64,000 bases of DNA from PVC group bacterium (GCA_024231215.1 JAAEQR010000195.1:363724-427723), one strand, 5' to 3'. Numbered from the stretch's first letter, positions 48,238 through 58,629 are shown. Made by a program: numbers and translations. The notes: generated from the letters alone by a model not told the origin.

Positions 48238-48947
48238 GTAAAAGAAGACAAAAGAAATCATTGTCTTCGCAGAGCGTCAAGAATATCACTCTTCGCGGAC
48301 AAAATGATTGTGCGGTGAGAGTAGATATCGGCCGTGAAAAACGGCGAGGTTTTCCTGAAGTTATTTATTGTCCGCAAAAAACAGTTGAGCAGATTGAGCA
48401 GGTTGCTCAATGTATTCTTCAGCACAATGACACCTTACTTTTAACCAGAGCTAATCAGGAGATTTTTCAGTGTATAAAAAAACTGGATTCCCGTGCTGTT
48501 TATAATGCTCCGGCTAAGCTTATCTATATTAAAAAAAAGCAAAAGATATTAAATAAAGGTATGATCCTGGTTATTAGTGCTGGGACAAGTGATATTCCAG
48601 TTGCAGAGGAAGCTGCGGTGACCGCGGAACTTATGCGGAATAAAGTAAAGAGACTTTATGATGTGGGGGTAGCAGGGATTCATCGTCTTTTATCTCAATC
48701 AAATCTTTTAAAAAAGGCAAATGTTCTTGTCGTAGTTGCCGGGATGGAAGGAGCTTTAGCCAGTGTTGTCAGCGGTATGGTGAAAAAACCGGTGATCGGG
48801 GTTCCGACCAGTGTAGGTTATGGTGCGAGTTTCTCCGGGATTGCCCCGTTATTGACGATGTTGAATAGCTGTTCACCGGGGGTATCTGTTGTAAATATAG
48901 ATAACGGTTTTGGTGCAGGATACCTGGCGGGATTAATTAATAAATAG
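48228..48947 (+). CDS. larB: LarB-family (PurE-like) nickel-pincer cofactor biosynthesis carboxylase
   Basis: ISAGTSDIPVAEEA and VVVAGMEGALASVV PurE-like motifs; adjacent larC. Confidence 0.7.
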   Translation: MGIGKRRQKKSLSSQSVKNITLRGQNDCAVRVDIGREKRRGFPEVIYCPQKTVEQIEQVAQCILQHNDTLLLTRANQEIFQCIKKLDSRAVYNAPAKLIYIKKKQKILNKGMILVISAGTSDIPVAEEAAVTAELMRNKVKRLYDVGVAGIHRLLSQSNLLKKANVLVVVAGMEGALASVVSGMVKKPVIGVPTSVGYGASFSGIAPLLTMLNSCSPGVSVVNIDNGFGAGYLAGLINK

Positions 48948-49104
48948 ATAGAATATGCAAAAACCTATCTTTTCGCTAAGCCCGCTGCGGCATCCATGCC
49001 TTGCGGCCGCGTGTTGAATCTATTTTTACCTCCTGTAAAAATGACGATTCAAAGCGCCGCTCAAAGACAGTTTTTGCATATTAAAATTAGAGAAGGTAGT
49101 ATTT

Positions 49105-50283
49105 ATGAAAATTGCTTATCTTGATTGCTTTTCCGGAATTAGCGGAGATATGACTCTCGGTGCCTTTATCGATTGTGGAGTAAAGGTTGCTGATTTAAAA
49201 AAGCAGTTGGCAAAATTAAAAATAAAAGGTTTTGATCTTAAAGTACGAAGAGTAAAACGAGGTCATATTAGCGGGACTAAAGTTGATGTTATGGTAGGTA
49301 ATAAAGTTAGATTTTCTAACCTGAAACGCGTTTTTAGTCTTATTGATAAAAGTAGTCTTGATAAAGAGGTTAAACAGAGAGCAAAAGATGTTTATAGTAA
49401 CTTAGCTAAGGCTGAGGCTGCTGTACACAGAGAAAAGATAGATTCAGTACATTTTCACCAGCTAGGTGATTTAGATACAGTAATTGATATTGTCGGATGT
49501 GTGATTTGCATGAAATTGCTGGGTATAGAAAAAATGTATGCTTCGAGTCTTACTTTGGGAAGTGGTATGGTAAGGTGTGGTAAGGATATATTTCCTTTGC
49601 CTGCTCCGGCTACTTTGCAGTTGCTGAAAAAACGTTCTGTTGCGATGGATCCGGGGTTAAAACATGAAACGGTTACTCCCACTGGTGCGGCGATTATTGC
49701 GACTCTTACTCAGGAGGTAGTGGGGAGTTTGCCTATGAGGGTCATTAAGACCGGATATGGTGCCGGGACTTATCAGGATCCACAAATGCCGAATCTTTTA
49801 ACGGTCATAATTGCCGATGTAGAGAAGAAATACGTTCATGATACGGTGAATGTAGTTGCCGTGAATATCGATGATACATTACCGTTAAATTTTGAAATTT
49901 TATTTGAACGCTTATTTGCCAGTGGAGCTTTAGATGTATATACTGTCCCGGTAATGATGAAAAAGATGCGACCGGGTATATTATTGCATGTTTTAGCTGA
50001 GGATGGGTGCTTGGACAAGGTTTTGGCGCATATCTTCGAGGAAACGACGACTTTGGGGGTAAGGATTAGTAAGGTCTTTCGTCGGAAAATAGAAAGAAAA
50101 GTCTTGAATCTGAAGACTGATTATGGGATAATTGTGGGAGTAAAAATCGGATCTCTGGGAGGTCAGATAGTTAATATTGCCCCGGAATACGAAGACTGTA
50201 AAAAGATTGCTTTGCGAAAGAAATTACCTTTTAAGACTGTATATGATAGGGTGAAAGCACAGGCAGTAAAAAAATTTTTGTAG
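49105..50283 (+). CDS. larC: LarC-family nickel insertion protein (DUF111)
   Basis: MKIAYLDCFSGISGDMTLGA N-terminus typical of LarC. Confidence 0.75.
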   Translation: MKIAYLDCFSGISGDMTLGAFIDCGVKVADLKKQLAKLKIKGFDLKVRRVKRGHISGTKVDVMVGNKVRFSNLKRVFSLIDKSSLDKEVKQRAKDVYSNLAKAEAAVHREKIDSVHFHQLGDLDTVIDIVGCVICMKLLGIEKMYASSLTLGSGMVRCGKDIFPLPAPATLQLLKKRSVAMDPGLKHETVTPTGAAIIATLTQEVVGSLPMRVIKTGYGAGTYQDPQMPNLLTVIIADVEKKYVHDTVNVVAVNIDDTLPLNFEILFERLFASGALDVYTVPVMMKKMRPGILLHVLAEDGCLDKVLAHIFEETTTLGVRISKVFRRKIERKVLNLKTDYGIIVGVKIGSLGGQIVNIAPEYEDCKKIALRKKLPFKTVYDRVKAQAVKKFL

Positions 50284-50303
50284 GGGCGGATGGATGTCCG
50301 CCC
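50284..50303 (+). terminator. GC hairpin GGGCGGA-TGGATG-TCCGCCC overlapping the larC stop (GTAGGGGCGG family)
   Basis: read from sequence. Confidence 0.5.
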
Positions 50304-50348
50304 GGTATAAAGTATCTTATAATATGTAAAAAAAAGAGGAGTAAGTAG

Positions 50349-50714
50349 ATGTATACGTTTTTATTAATAATTCATGTTATTGTGTCGTTGTTTTTGATCT
50401 TTATCATTTTAATTCAAAGTGGTAAAGGTGAAGGGTTATCCGATGTTTTCGGTGGCGGATCCAGTCAATCAACAATCTTTGGTACTCGTACCGGAACATT
50501 TTTGACTAAAGCAACTACGGCTTCAGCCATTATTTTTATGATTACATGTCTTAGTCTTGCGCTTGTATCTCGTAAGCAGCGAGGATCTGTGGTTGAACAG
50601 GAGCTTAAAAAGCAAGAAGTTACGGGCAAAATAAAGGAACTTATTCAGGGGAAAGAAGTTCCTGCTGAGGAAGCAGTGCCTGTTACTGATGAAGCAACGC
50701 CTTCTGAAAAATAA
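50349..50714 (+). CDS. secG: preprotein translocase subunit SecG
   Basis: LIQSGKGEGLSDVFGGG motif, two TM. Confidence 0.85.
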   Translation: MYTFLLIIHVIVSLFLIFIILIQSGKGEGLSDVFGGGSSQSTIFGTRTGTFLTKATTASAIIFMITCLSLALVSRKQRGSVVEQELKKQEVTGKIKELIQGKEVPAEEAVPVTDEATPSEK

Positions 50715-50751
50715 AATGGTAAATATTGATTGTATATTTCGATTTAAAAAT

Positions 50752-52383
50752 ATGACTAAAAAAATACCGCTTATTGCGGTATTTTTTTTACTATGCCTAT
50801 TGGTTCATGGCTGTTCAAAATCTACTCAAGATGTTGTTAGCCAGGATCAGAAAGTTTATCCTCCGGCATATGGAGATGCGATTATAGAAGCAGGAATTGG
50901 TGATGCAAGCAGCTTAGTTCCGATTCTTGCCTCAGATAGTGCTTCCGGTAAGATCTGCGGAAATGTGTTCAATGGAGTGGTTAAATATGATAAAGATTTG
51001 AATTTAGTGGGGGATTTAGCACAAAATTGGGAAATACAAGAAAATGGTTTGGTTATTATTTTCCATCTTAGAAAGGATGTTAGATGGCATGACGGAGAGC
51101 CGTTTACCTCAGCTGATGTAGAATTTACCTATAAAAAATTAATTGATCCTAAGGTAAAAACTCCTTACAGTGGTGATTTTGAAAATGTAAAAAAATTCGA
51201 GATAATTGATGATTATACGGTAAGGATTACATATGGTGAGCCTTTTTCTCCGGCATTGGCTAGCTGGGGTATGTCTGTTATGCCGCAGCATCTCTTAGAA
51301 ACCGAAGATTTAAACAATACTTCTTTTTCGCGTGCTCCAATAGGAACCGGTCCGTATCGTTTTAAACGATGGAAAACACAAGAACTTATTGAACTTGAAT
51401 CTAATCACGATTATTTTGAAGGACGTCCTTATATAGACAAATATATATTACGTATTATCCCAGACCCAGCAACGATGTTTCTTGAGCTTCAGAATCGTAC
51501 GATTGATTATATGGGGCTTACTAGCCTACAGTATGTTCGTCAGACAGAAACGGATTTTTTTAAACAGGCCTATCAAAAATTTAGATACCAGGGATTTCTT
51601 TTTACGTATTTAGGTTATAATCTTAATGACCCAAAATTTAAAGATGTCAGGGTACGCAAGGCAATTAATTATGCGGTGGATAAAAATGAAATTATAAACG
51701 GGGTTTTGCTGGGGATGGGGAGTGAGTGTACCGGGCCGTTTGCGCCGCGTTCCTGGGCTTATAATAAACAGATTGTGCCTGTAGCGTATGATTCTGATAA
51801 GGCTCATCAGCTTTTGAAAGAAGCCGGGTGGTATCTTAATAAAGATGGAATATTGGAGAAAAATGGGGAGCTTTTTGAATTTACAATTATTACTAATCAG
51901 GGGAATGAAGAAAGAAAGAGGGCAGCTGAGATAATCCAGAAGCGTTTGCAGAAAATCGGGATGAAGGTGAAAATAAAAATTATCGAGTGGAGTGCGTTTA
52001 TTAACGAGTTTATTAATAAGCGTAAATTTGAAGCTGTGCTTTTGGGCTGGTCTTTGGCGCTTGACCCAGATTTGTATGATATTTGGCATTCGAGTAAAAT
52101 TCCAGCACCGGGTTTTAATTTTGTGGGTTATAAAAATGAAGAAGTGGATAAGCTGATCGAAAAAGGGCGTAAGAGTTTTGATCGAGCCCAACGGAAAGAA
52201 ATATCTAATCGTCTTCATGAGATAATTTATGATGAACAGCCGTATTTGTTTCTATATACCCCGGATAGTTTACCGATACTCAGCAGTCGTTTCCAAGGGA
52301 TAAAAGTTGCACCGGCTGGTATTGGATATAATTTTATTAAATGGTATGTACCGAAAAGCCGGCAGAAATATATTCTGCCTTAA
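50752..52383 (+). CDS. ABC transporter substrate-binding lipoprotein, family 5 (peptide/nickel type)
   Basis: lipobox LVHGCS; SBP_bac_5 organisation; start set to ATG 50752. Confidence 0.8.
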   Translation: MTKKIPLIAVFFLLCLLVHGCSKSTQDVVSQDQKVYPPAYGDAIIEAGIGDASSLVPILASDSASGKICGNVFNGVVKYDKDLNLVGDLAQNWEIQENGLVIIFHLRKDVRWHDGEPFTSADVEFTYKKLIDPKVKTPYSGDFENVKKFEIIDDYTVRITYGEPFSPALASWGMSVMPQHLLETEDLNNTSFSRAPIGTGPYRFKRWKTQELIELESNHDYFEGRPYIDKYILRIIPDPATMFLELQNRTIDYMGLTSLQYVRQTETDFFKQAYQKFRYQGFLFTYLGYNLNDPKFKDVRVRKAINYAVDKNEIINGVLLGMGSECTGPFAPRSWAYNKQIVPVAYDSDKAHQLLKEAGWYLNKDGILEKNGELFEFTIITNQGNEERKRAAEIIQKRLQKIGMKVKIKIIEWSAFINEFINKRKFEAVLLGWSLALDPDLYDIWHSSKIPAPGFNFVGYKNEEVDKLIEKGRKSFDRAQRKEISNRLHEIIYDEQPYLFLYTPDSLPILSSRFQGIKVAPAGIGYNFIKWYVPKSRQKYILP

Positions 52384-52389
52384 GTCAAA

Positions 52390-53205
52390 ATGCAAAACTC
52401 AAAAATCAAAATTACAACTCAAAATTCAAAAATTCTTAAAAGAATTTTTCTGTTGTTGCTTGTTATTTTTATCTTTTCCGGTTGCACTCAGAGGTACTAT
52501 AATGTGGCGACCCAGGAAGAAGAGATATATTTTTACTCTACGGAAAAAGAGGTAAAGATAGGTAAATCGGTTTCCCGACAAGCAGAACGTCAATTTAAGG
52601 TTGAAGCCGATGCATTAGTTCAAAAACGAATTAATGATATCGGACAGAAATTGGCTTTAGTGTGTGATCGTCGGGAGATAAAATATTATTTTAAGGTGCT
52701 GGAAAAAGATGATGTTAATGCCTTTGCTCTGCCAGGAGGATATATATATATATTTAAAGGACTTTGGGATAAAATAGAAAAGGAAGATGATTTAATTGCC
52801 GCAGTCTTAGCCCATGAAATCGGTCATTTGTGTGCGCGGCATAATATAAAGCGTTTACAACAGTCGATGGGGTATGGAGTTTTGACTGTTTTAGTCAATA
52901 CAGCTTCCGGAATGGATGGATATTCCAGAAGGAAAGCAACTGTGGGTATTAATGAACTATTACTTTCGTATTCCCGCCGAGATGAATTGCAATCTGACCG
53001 ACTCGCCGTATCTTATTTGCAAAAAGCAGGTTATAATAGTTTAAAAATAATAGAATTATTGGAGATATTACAAAAAGAATCCCGGGATAAACCGGTCGGG
53101 CCTTTGCATGTACTGACACATCCGTATATAACAGAGAGGATGAGAGCTGTACGTGAATTAATTAAAGGTGGTAATATAGAGTTTGATGACTATATAAATA
53201 GTTGA
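52390..53205 (+). CDS. M48-family zinc metallopeptidase lipoprotein
   Basis: lipobox FSGCTQ; HEIGHL zinc motif. Confidence 0.8.
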   Translation: MQNSKIKITTQNSKILKRIFLLLLVIFIFSGCTQRYYNVATQEEEIYFYSTEKEVKIGKSVSRQAERQFKVEADALVQKRINDIGQKLALVCDRREIKYYFKVLEKDDVNAFALPGGYIYIFKGLWDKIEKEDDLIAAVLAHEIGHLCARHNIKRLQQSMGYGVLTVLVNTASGMDGYSRRKATVGINELLLSYSRRDELQSDRLAVSYLQKAGYNSLKIIELLEILQKESRDKPVGPLHVLTHPYITERMRAVRELIKGGNIEFDDYINS

Positions 53206-53268
53206 ATAACTTGATTTTAGGTGCCAAATCTGATAGAATTTTAAGAGGGAAGATACATCTGTGTAGTT

Positions 53269-53290
53269 CAAGTATTATGGATAATACTTG
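53269..53290. promoter_or_regulatory. perfect 22-bp palindrome CAAGTATTATGGATAATACTTG upstream of the polysaccharide locus
   Basis: read from sequence; followed by GC hairpins at 53302-53315 and 53317-53354 and TATAAT at 53358-53363. Confidence 0.45.
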
Positions 53291-53380
53291 TTATGTTACA
53301 TCCCGCCATAACGGGACCCCGAAGGCTAGCTCAAAGATGTAGCTTCATTCGGGGCAGTATAATAGACAGGGAAGTATTTA

Positions 53381-55312
53381 ATGGCACAATATGAGCTCAA
53401 TTTAAGAGATTATATCCGCATATTCCGCAAACGTAGAACAGTTATTCTCCTTACCTTTTTCGTTGTTACTGCCGTTAGTGGAATGTTTTCCACAAAACAG
53501 ATTGCTTCTTACCGAGCTGTTACTACAGTTAAAATAGAAGAACATAAAACAGTTGCCGGGCTTCTTACCGAATGGATTGTATATAATCCAGGCGATACAA
53601 TGGAGTCAGAAGCAAAGATTTTAAAGGGTTTTCCGGTGATGCAGGCAGCGGCAATACGCATGGGGTTGATTAAATCAGATACCTTAGAAGATGAAGTTAA
53701 TGCTGTAGTAAGTGGGCTTCAAGAACAAATTGAAACGGAGCGAGTTACAAATACTAATATTATCCGCATTATTGTAACTTCAGAGAATTCTCAGCAGGCT
53801 ATAGAATTAGCAAATATTGTAGCCCAGGTCTATATAGAATATAATCTTTTAGAAAGAAGGAAACAGGCCAGCAGTGCCCGGCAGTTTATAGAGGAAAAGC
53901 TTATAGATTTAGAGGCAAGATTAAAAGGAAGTGAAGAAAAAGTCAGGCGTATGATGGAAGGGCCTTCCGGGATAACTATGGGGGAGTCTTTGCAAAGCAA
54001 GATATTCGATCTAGAGTTTCAGATGAAAGAATTATTGCGCAAATATACAGAAAAACATCCGAAGATAATCCAGTTGCAGGAACAGGTTGACTCATTGCGG
54101 CAGCGGGATCAGGGAGGGGCTAGTAAGGGGTTAGAGTACGATCGTGTTAAAAGGGAGATAGACTCCGATAAAAAATTGTATATGATGCTTAAAGAACGCT
54201 TAGAAGAAGCTCGTATAAACGAATCACAAAAAGTGGGAGCGGTTTCTATCGTTGACCCGGCTGTAACAGCAGAAATTAAGACAGTTGGACTGAATAAATA
54301 TATTTCTTTTATTATCGGCGGTATTTTAGGTGTTATATTGGGATTTGCCTTTGCTTTAATCATGGAAAGTCTGGATACCTCCATTGCTACGATTGAAGAT
54401 GTGGAAAAGATTGTCAAGGTTCCGGTATTAGGTGTTATTCCTTCGGTTTTTACAGACAGCGATGCAGGTATAAAAAAAGGATTATTTGCAAGTTTAAAAA
54501 ATAAAGTTTTACGTCGTCCTAAAACAGAAGCTGAGGAAAAAGCTATACGTTTGATTATGCATTATAATCCGACATCACCTATCTCGGAAGCATTTAGAAA
54601 CGTATACACTAATCTTAAAATTAGTAAAAAGAAAAAGACTATTCTGGTTACCAGTGCCGGGCCTCGAGAAGGGAAAAGTACGACTATAAGTAATCTGGCT
54701 TTAGCAATGGCTCAGACTGGAATGAAAGTGCTTCTTGTTTCCTCGGATATTCGTCGCCCGATAATCGCCAGGACATTCGGTATATATAAAGAACGGGGGT
54801 TAAATGATGTTTTACTGGGGATGTCACATTTAGACGAAGCAATAAAAAATATTACGGATATTATGCTTGGAGATATGACTTTTGAAGAAATACAGCAGAC
54901 ACCCGGGCTTGATAATCTTTGGCTTTTAACGAGTGGTAAACTGCAGTTTAACCCGGCAAAACTATTAGAGTCAAAAGAATTTTTCGATACAGTAGAAGAG
55001 ATGAAGAAACGGTTTGATATTATCCTTTTTGATTCACCTCCGGTACTGCCGGTTACGGATGCGAGTCTTTTATCTACCAAAATGGATTGTGTGATTATGG
55101 TCTATGAAATCGGCAGAACAAGCCGGGAAGCTTTGCTGAGGGCAAAAAATCAGCTGGACTCGGTAGGAGCCAAGATTTCCGGGATTGTGCTGAATCAAAC
55201 CAGACAAGAAATTGAAGCAGATGTGATTAGTCCGTATTACTATAAATATAAATACTACAAAGCTGACAAAGAAGATTTAGAAGAAACGGATGCTAAGACT
55301 GTAAAAAGTTGA
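53381..55312 (+). CDS. polysaccharide co-polymerase / BY-kinase (Wzc-like)
   Basis: N-terminal TM + Wzz-like coiled coil, second TM, Walker A SAGPREGKST, C-terminal Tyr cluster YYYKYKYY. Confidence 0.85.
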   Translation: MAQYELNLRDYIRIFRKRRTVILLTFFVVTAVSGMFSTKQIASYRAVTTVKIEEHKTVAGLLTEWIVYNPGDTMESEAKILKGFPVMQAAAIRMGLIKSDTLEDEVNAVVSGLQEQIETERVTNTNIIRIIVTSENSQQAIELANIVAQVYIEYNLLERRKQASSARQFIEEKLIDLEARLKGSEEKVRRMMEGPSGITMGESLQSKIFDLEFQMKELLRKYTEKHPKIIQLQEQVDSLRQRDQGGASKGLEYDRVKREIDSDKKLYMMLKERLEEARINESQKVGAVSIVDPAVTAEIKTVGLNKYISFIIGGILGVILGFAFALIMESLDTSIATIEDVEKIVKVPVLGVIPSVFTDSDAGIKKGLFASLKNKVLRRPKTEAEEKAIRLIMHYNPTSPISEAFRNVYTNLKISKKKKTILVTSAGPREGKSTTISNLALAMAQTGMKVLLVSSDIRRPIIARTFGIYKERGLNDVLLGMSHLDEAIKNITDIMLGDMTFEEIQQTPGLDNLWLLTSGKLQFNPAKLLESKEFFDTVEEMKKRFDIILFDSPPVLPVTDASLLSTKMDCVIMVYEIGRTSREALLRAKNQLDSVGAKISGIVLNQTRQEIEADVISPYYYKYKYYKADKEDLEETDAKTVKS

Positions 55313-55342
55313 ATCTAGAAAGTACTTTCCAATTTAAAAACA

Positions 55343-56710
55343 ATGCTTAAAGAAAATGGAAATGTTACATTTGGTATTATCGTTGTATTGTTTCTTGTTC
55401 TCATAACAAGTGTTCTGTTTGTTTTTTATCCAGCGTCTTCCTGGACACCTTTTCTTTTTTTACTTATCCCGGTAGTCTTTATTATTGCGTTTACTAATAC
55501 TGATTTTGCTTTAATTGTGCTTATTTTTTCCATGCTTTTATCGCCGGAAATTGGGTTAGGGGGTATTCCAGGACGTGTTGTAGTAATTCGTTTGGACGAT
55601 ATATTTTTGTTCATTATATTTTTTGGTTGGCTGGCAAAAACAGCTTTAAATAAAGAAATGGGTTTATTAAAAGTTGCATTACTAAATAAGCCTATTATTT
55701 TTTATGTTTTTGTTTGTATAGTATCTTCGTGTTTTGGAGCTTTGCGTGGAACAACTAATCCGACACATAGCATTTTTTATATTTTAAAATATGTAGAATA
55801 TTTCATTGTATTTTTCATGGTTAGTAATAATATAAAAGATAAAAATCAGGTGAGAATATTTGTAGGGTTAATGTTGTTAACTTGTGTAATAGTATGCATC
55901 TATGGTTCTTATATATCATTAGCAGAGGGGTTGAGAGCTACTGCCCCTTTTGAGGGCATAGGAGAGGCAAATACTTTAGCTGGGTATTTAATTATTATGG
56001 GAGGGCTTGTCCTTGGATTATTTATTTACGCGGCAGATTCTGTGCGTAAACGAGTATTGTTAGCTGTATTATTTTCTGTTATTGTTTTTACTTTGATTTA
56101 TACTCTTTCCCGTAGTGGGTGGGTAGGGTTTGGTTTTATGCTTTTATTTTTTACGTTTTTTTCTAAACGAAGTAGGATTTTTATGATTTTTTTGATAGTG
56201 TGTGGGGTATTAATTCTTCCTCTGGTATTACCACAAAGAGTTTATAAACGGATAGATGCTACGTTTAAAGGGTATGAGCAGTATAAAGTCATGGGAAAAT
56301 ATGTAACAATAGATGATTCAGGTGCGGCTAGAGTCAGATCAATGGAATATTCAATTCAGGCTTGGCTTAAAAATCCGATATTAGGGCAGGGGGTTCCCGG
56401 AACAGATGTTTCGGATGTGCAATACGGCCGGATATTAAGAGAGGTGGGGATTGTCGGGCTTCTGGCTTTTATCTGGATTATAAGGATGGTTTTTAGAACA
56501 GGATTAAGGAGTTATAATTATCCGGATATGGATGGTTTTGGGAGAGGCTTGAGCGTTGGCCTTATTAGCGGTTTGGTGGGGCTTCTGGTAATGGGCTTAG
56601 GCGCGGAATTTTTTATTATTATCAGGATAATGGAGCCATTTTGGTTTTTAGCGGGGATTGTATCTGTACTTCCGCAGATAAATCATATCGCAGAGCATAG
56701 AGAAGCTTAA
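55343..56710 (+). CDS. O-antigen ligase / Wzy-type polymerase family membrane protein
   Basis: about 10-12 TM segments, O-antigen-ligase-like loop YTLSRSGW. Confidence 0.7.
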   Translation: MLKENGNVTFGIIVVLFLVLITSVLFVFYPASSWTPFLFLLIPVVFIIAFTNTDFALIVLIFSMLLSPEIGLGGIPGRVVVIRLDDIFLFIIFFGWLAKTALNKEMGLLKVALLNKPIIFYVFVCIVSSCFGALRGTTNPTHSIFYILKYVEYFIVFFMVSNNIKDKNQVRIFVGLMLLTCVIVCIYGSYISLAEGLRATAPFEGIGEANTLAGYLIIMGGLVLGLFIYAADSVRKRVLLAVLFSVIVFTLIYTLSRSGWVGFGFMLLFFTFFSKRSRIFMIFLIVCGVLILPLVLPQRVYKRIDATFKGYEQYKVMGKYVTIDDSGAARVRSMEYSIQAWLKNPILGQGVPGTDVSDVQYGRILREVGIVGLLAFIWIIRMVFRTGLRSYNYPDMDGFGRGLSVGLISGLVGLLVMGLGAEFFIIIRIMEPFWFLAGIVSVLPQINHIAEHREA

Positions 56711-56742
56711 AATATTATTGATAACTAATAGAAAGTATAATT

Positions 56743-58623
56743 ATGAGCGGGATTGCCGGTTTTATAAGCAATATACAGCCAGTAGACATCAACTTGCTAG
56801 AACGCATGGCAGATGCAATGTGCTATGTAAAAGAAGATAAGGAAGATAAATGGCAGCATGATTTATTTGGTATCTGTTGTGTTCATCATGGCCGGATAAA
56901 TCAGCAAACTCAGCCGATATTTAATGAAGACAAAAGTTTAATGATTGTAATGGCTGGTGAAGTTTTTGATTATGATGCAGCTAAGGCTGATTTAATTAAA
57001 AAAGGTCATAAATTTATTTATGAGGATAATGATGCGGAATATTGTCTTCATTTATATGAAGCCAAAGGTAGTGATTGCTTTAAAGAATTGAATGGTTCTT
57101 TTGCTATCGTGATATATAATTTAAAAACCAAGGAGCTATTATTAGTCAATGACAGGATGTCTACTTATTCTCTGTTTTATCATCATGGGCAAAAATTTAT
57201 TTTTGGCACACAATTGTCTTCATTGATGCAGGATTCTGATTTACCACGTGAATTAGATATCTGTTCTTATTTTGAGTTCTTCAGTTTTGAAAAGGTACTG
57301 GGTGATAAAACATTCTACAAAAATGTAAAAATGCTTTCTCCAGCTTCGATTTTAACTTGCGCTGAGGGGAATATAGAGATTAAAACTTATTGGCAAAGAA
57401 AGTATACAAATGGTAACTATCCTGAAGAATATTTTGTAGATAAATTATCTAAGGGGCTAAAAAAATCAATAGAACGCAGGATGCGTGGTGATTATCGTTT
57501 TGGTCTTCTTTTAAGTGGAGGACTAGATTCAAGGGTGATAGCCTCTCTTAGCAACAAAAAAATGACTGCTTTTACGGTAGGAGAATCATCAGCCCATCAG
57601 CAGGTTAAAGTATCTAAAATGATTGCTGATAAATTAGGTTTTGATCATATATTTCTTGAACGTGGTTCTGATCACTATGCTAATTTATTAGATATGGCTG
57701 TTGAAATAGGGAACGGCATGTCTTTATTTGTAAATGCCCATAATTTGGGGTTTTTCCCTGCAATAAAGAAAAAATGCGATCTTTTACTGCATGGTTATCT
57801 GTGTGATACTTTATTTAAAGCATGGAAGATCCCGACAAGAAAGATTAATATATTTGGAAAAAAAATTGCAATTCCGTTTTTAGCGCTACCGTTTGATAAA
57901 AAGGTAATATTAAAAAATAGTTTATATTCAAAGAATCCGGCACAATTTTTTTCACCCAAATTTGCTAAGCAATTTGAAAAAAGCATAGATGATTCGCTGG
58001 ATAATTTTTTTGCTCAGACTGAAGAAAATGGAGTTAAAGAATCTAATAGAGAATATGAATACTTTGCTTTTCCATCAGCTATTCAGCAGATAGATTGTTT
58101 ATATGCATCGCATAATAATGCATGTTTGCATGAACGGACAGCATTACTTGATAATGATATTTTAGATTTATATCTAGAAACTCCGGTTAAAATAAGATTA
58201 AATGGTAGGATTTTTAAGAAAGTTATAAAAAAGCTTTGCCAAAAAATATCATCTATTCCTGATGCAAATACTGGAATGCCTGTTATGAACGGAGGAGTTT
58301 TAGAATGGGTTATTTTGAAAACTAAAATGGTCTTAGGTGAAATCGCAGCATATGGAAAAAAAGGAAAAAAGTTGTCACCTCAAATGTGCAATCCTGATTC
58401 TTGGCCAAATTATTCAGAATTGCTAAGATACATCCCGGAATTAAAACAGCAGCTAAGTGACATTATTAATGATCCTCAGGCGATTGATCCAGCTGTTTTT
58501 AATGTCCCGAGATTAAAAGAAATGTTTTTAGAGCATATGAAATATAAAAAAGATTACACGCTGTTCATGTTATTATTGCTTACTTTTGGTAAATGGAATA
58601 AAAAGTATCCAGGGAAGATTTAA
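56743..58623 (+). CDS. asparagine synthetase B-family amidotransferase homolog with Ser in place of the N-terminal nucleophile Cys
   Basis: MSGIAGF (not MCGI); PP-loop LLSGGLDSR; 626 aa. Confidence 0.75.
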   Translation: MSGIAGFISNIQPVDINLLERMADAMCYVKEDKEDKWQHDLFGICCVHHGRINQQTQPIFNEDKSLMIVMAGEVFDYDAAKADLIKKGHKFIYEDNDAEYCLHLYEAKGSDCFKELNGSFAIVIYNLKTKELLLVNDRMSTYSLFYHHGQKFIFGTQLSSLMQDSDLPRELDICSYFEFFSFEKVLGDKTFYKNVKMLSPASILTCAEGNIEIKTYWQRKYTNGNYPEEYFVDKLSKGLKKSIERRMRGDYRFGLLLSGGLDSRVIASLSNKKMTAFTVGESSAHQQVKVSKMIADKLGFDHIFLERGSDHYANLLDMAVEIGNGMSLFVNAHNLGFFPAIKKKCDLLLHGYLCDTLFKAWKIPTRKINIFGKKIAIPFLALPFDKKVILKNSLYSKNPAQFFSPKFAKQFEKSIDDSLDNFFAQTEENGVKESNREYEYFAFPSAIQQIDCLYASHNNACLHERTALLDNDILDLYLETPVKIRLNGRIFKKVIKKLCQKISSIPDANTGMPVMNGGVLEWVILKTKMVLGEIAAYGKKGKKLSPQMCNPDSWPNYSELLRYIPELKQQLSDIINDPQAIDPAVFNVPRLKEMFLEHMKYKKDYTLFMLLLLTFGKWNKKYPGKI

Positions 58624-58629
58624 TTTTAT

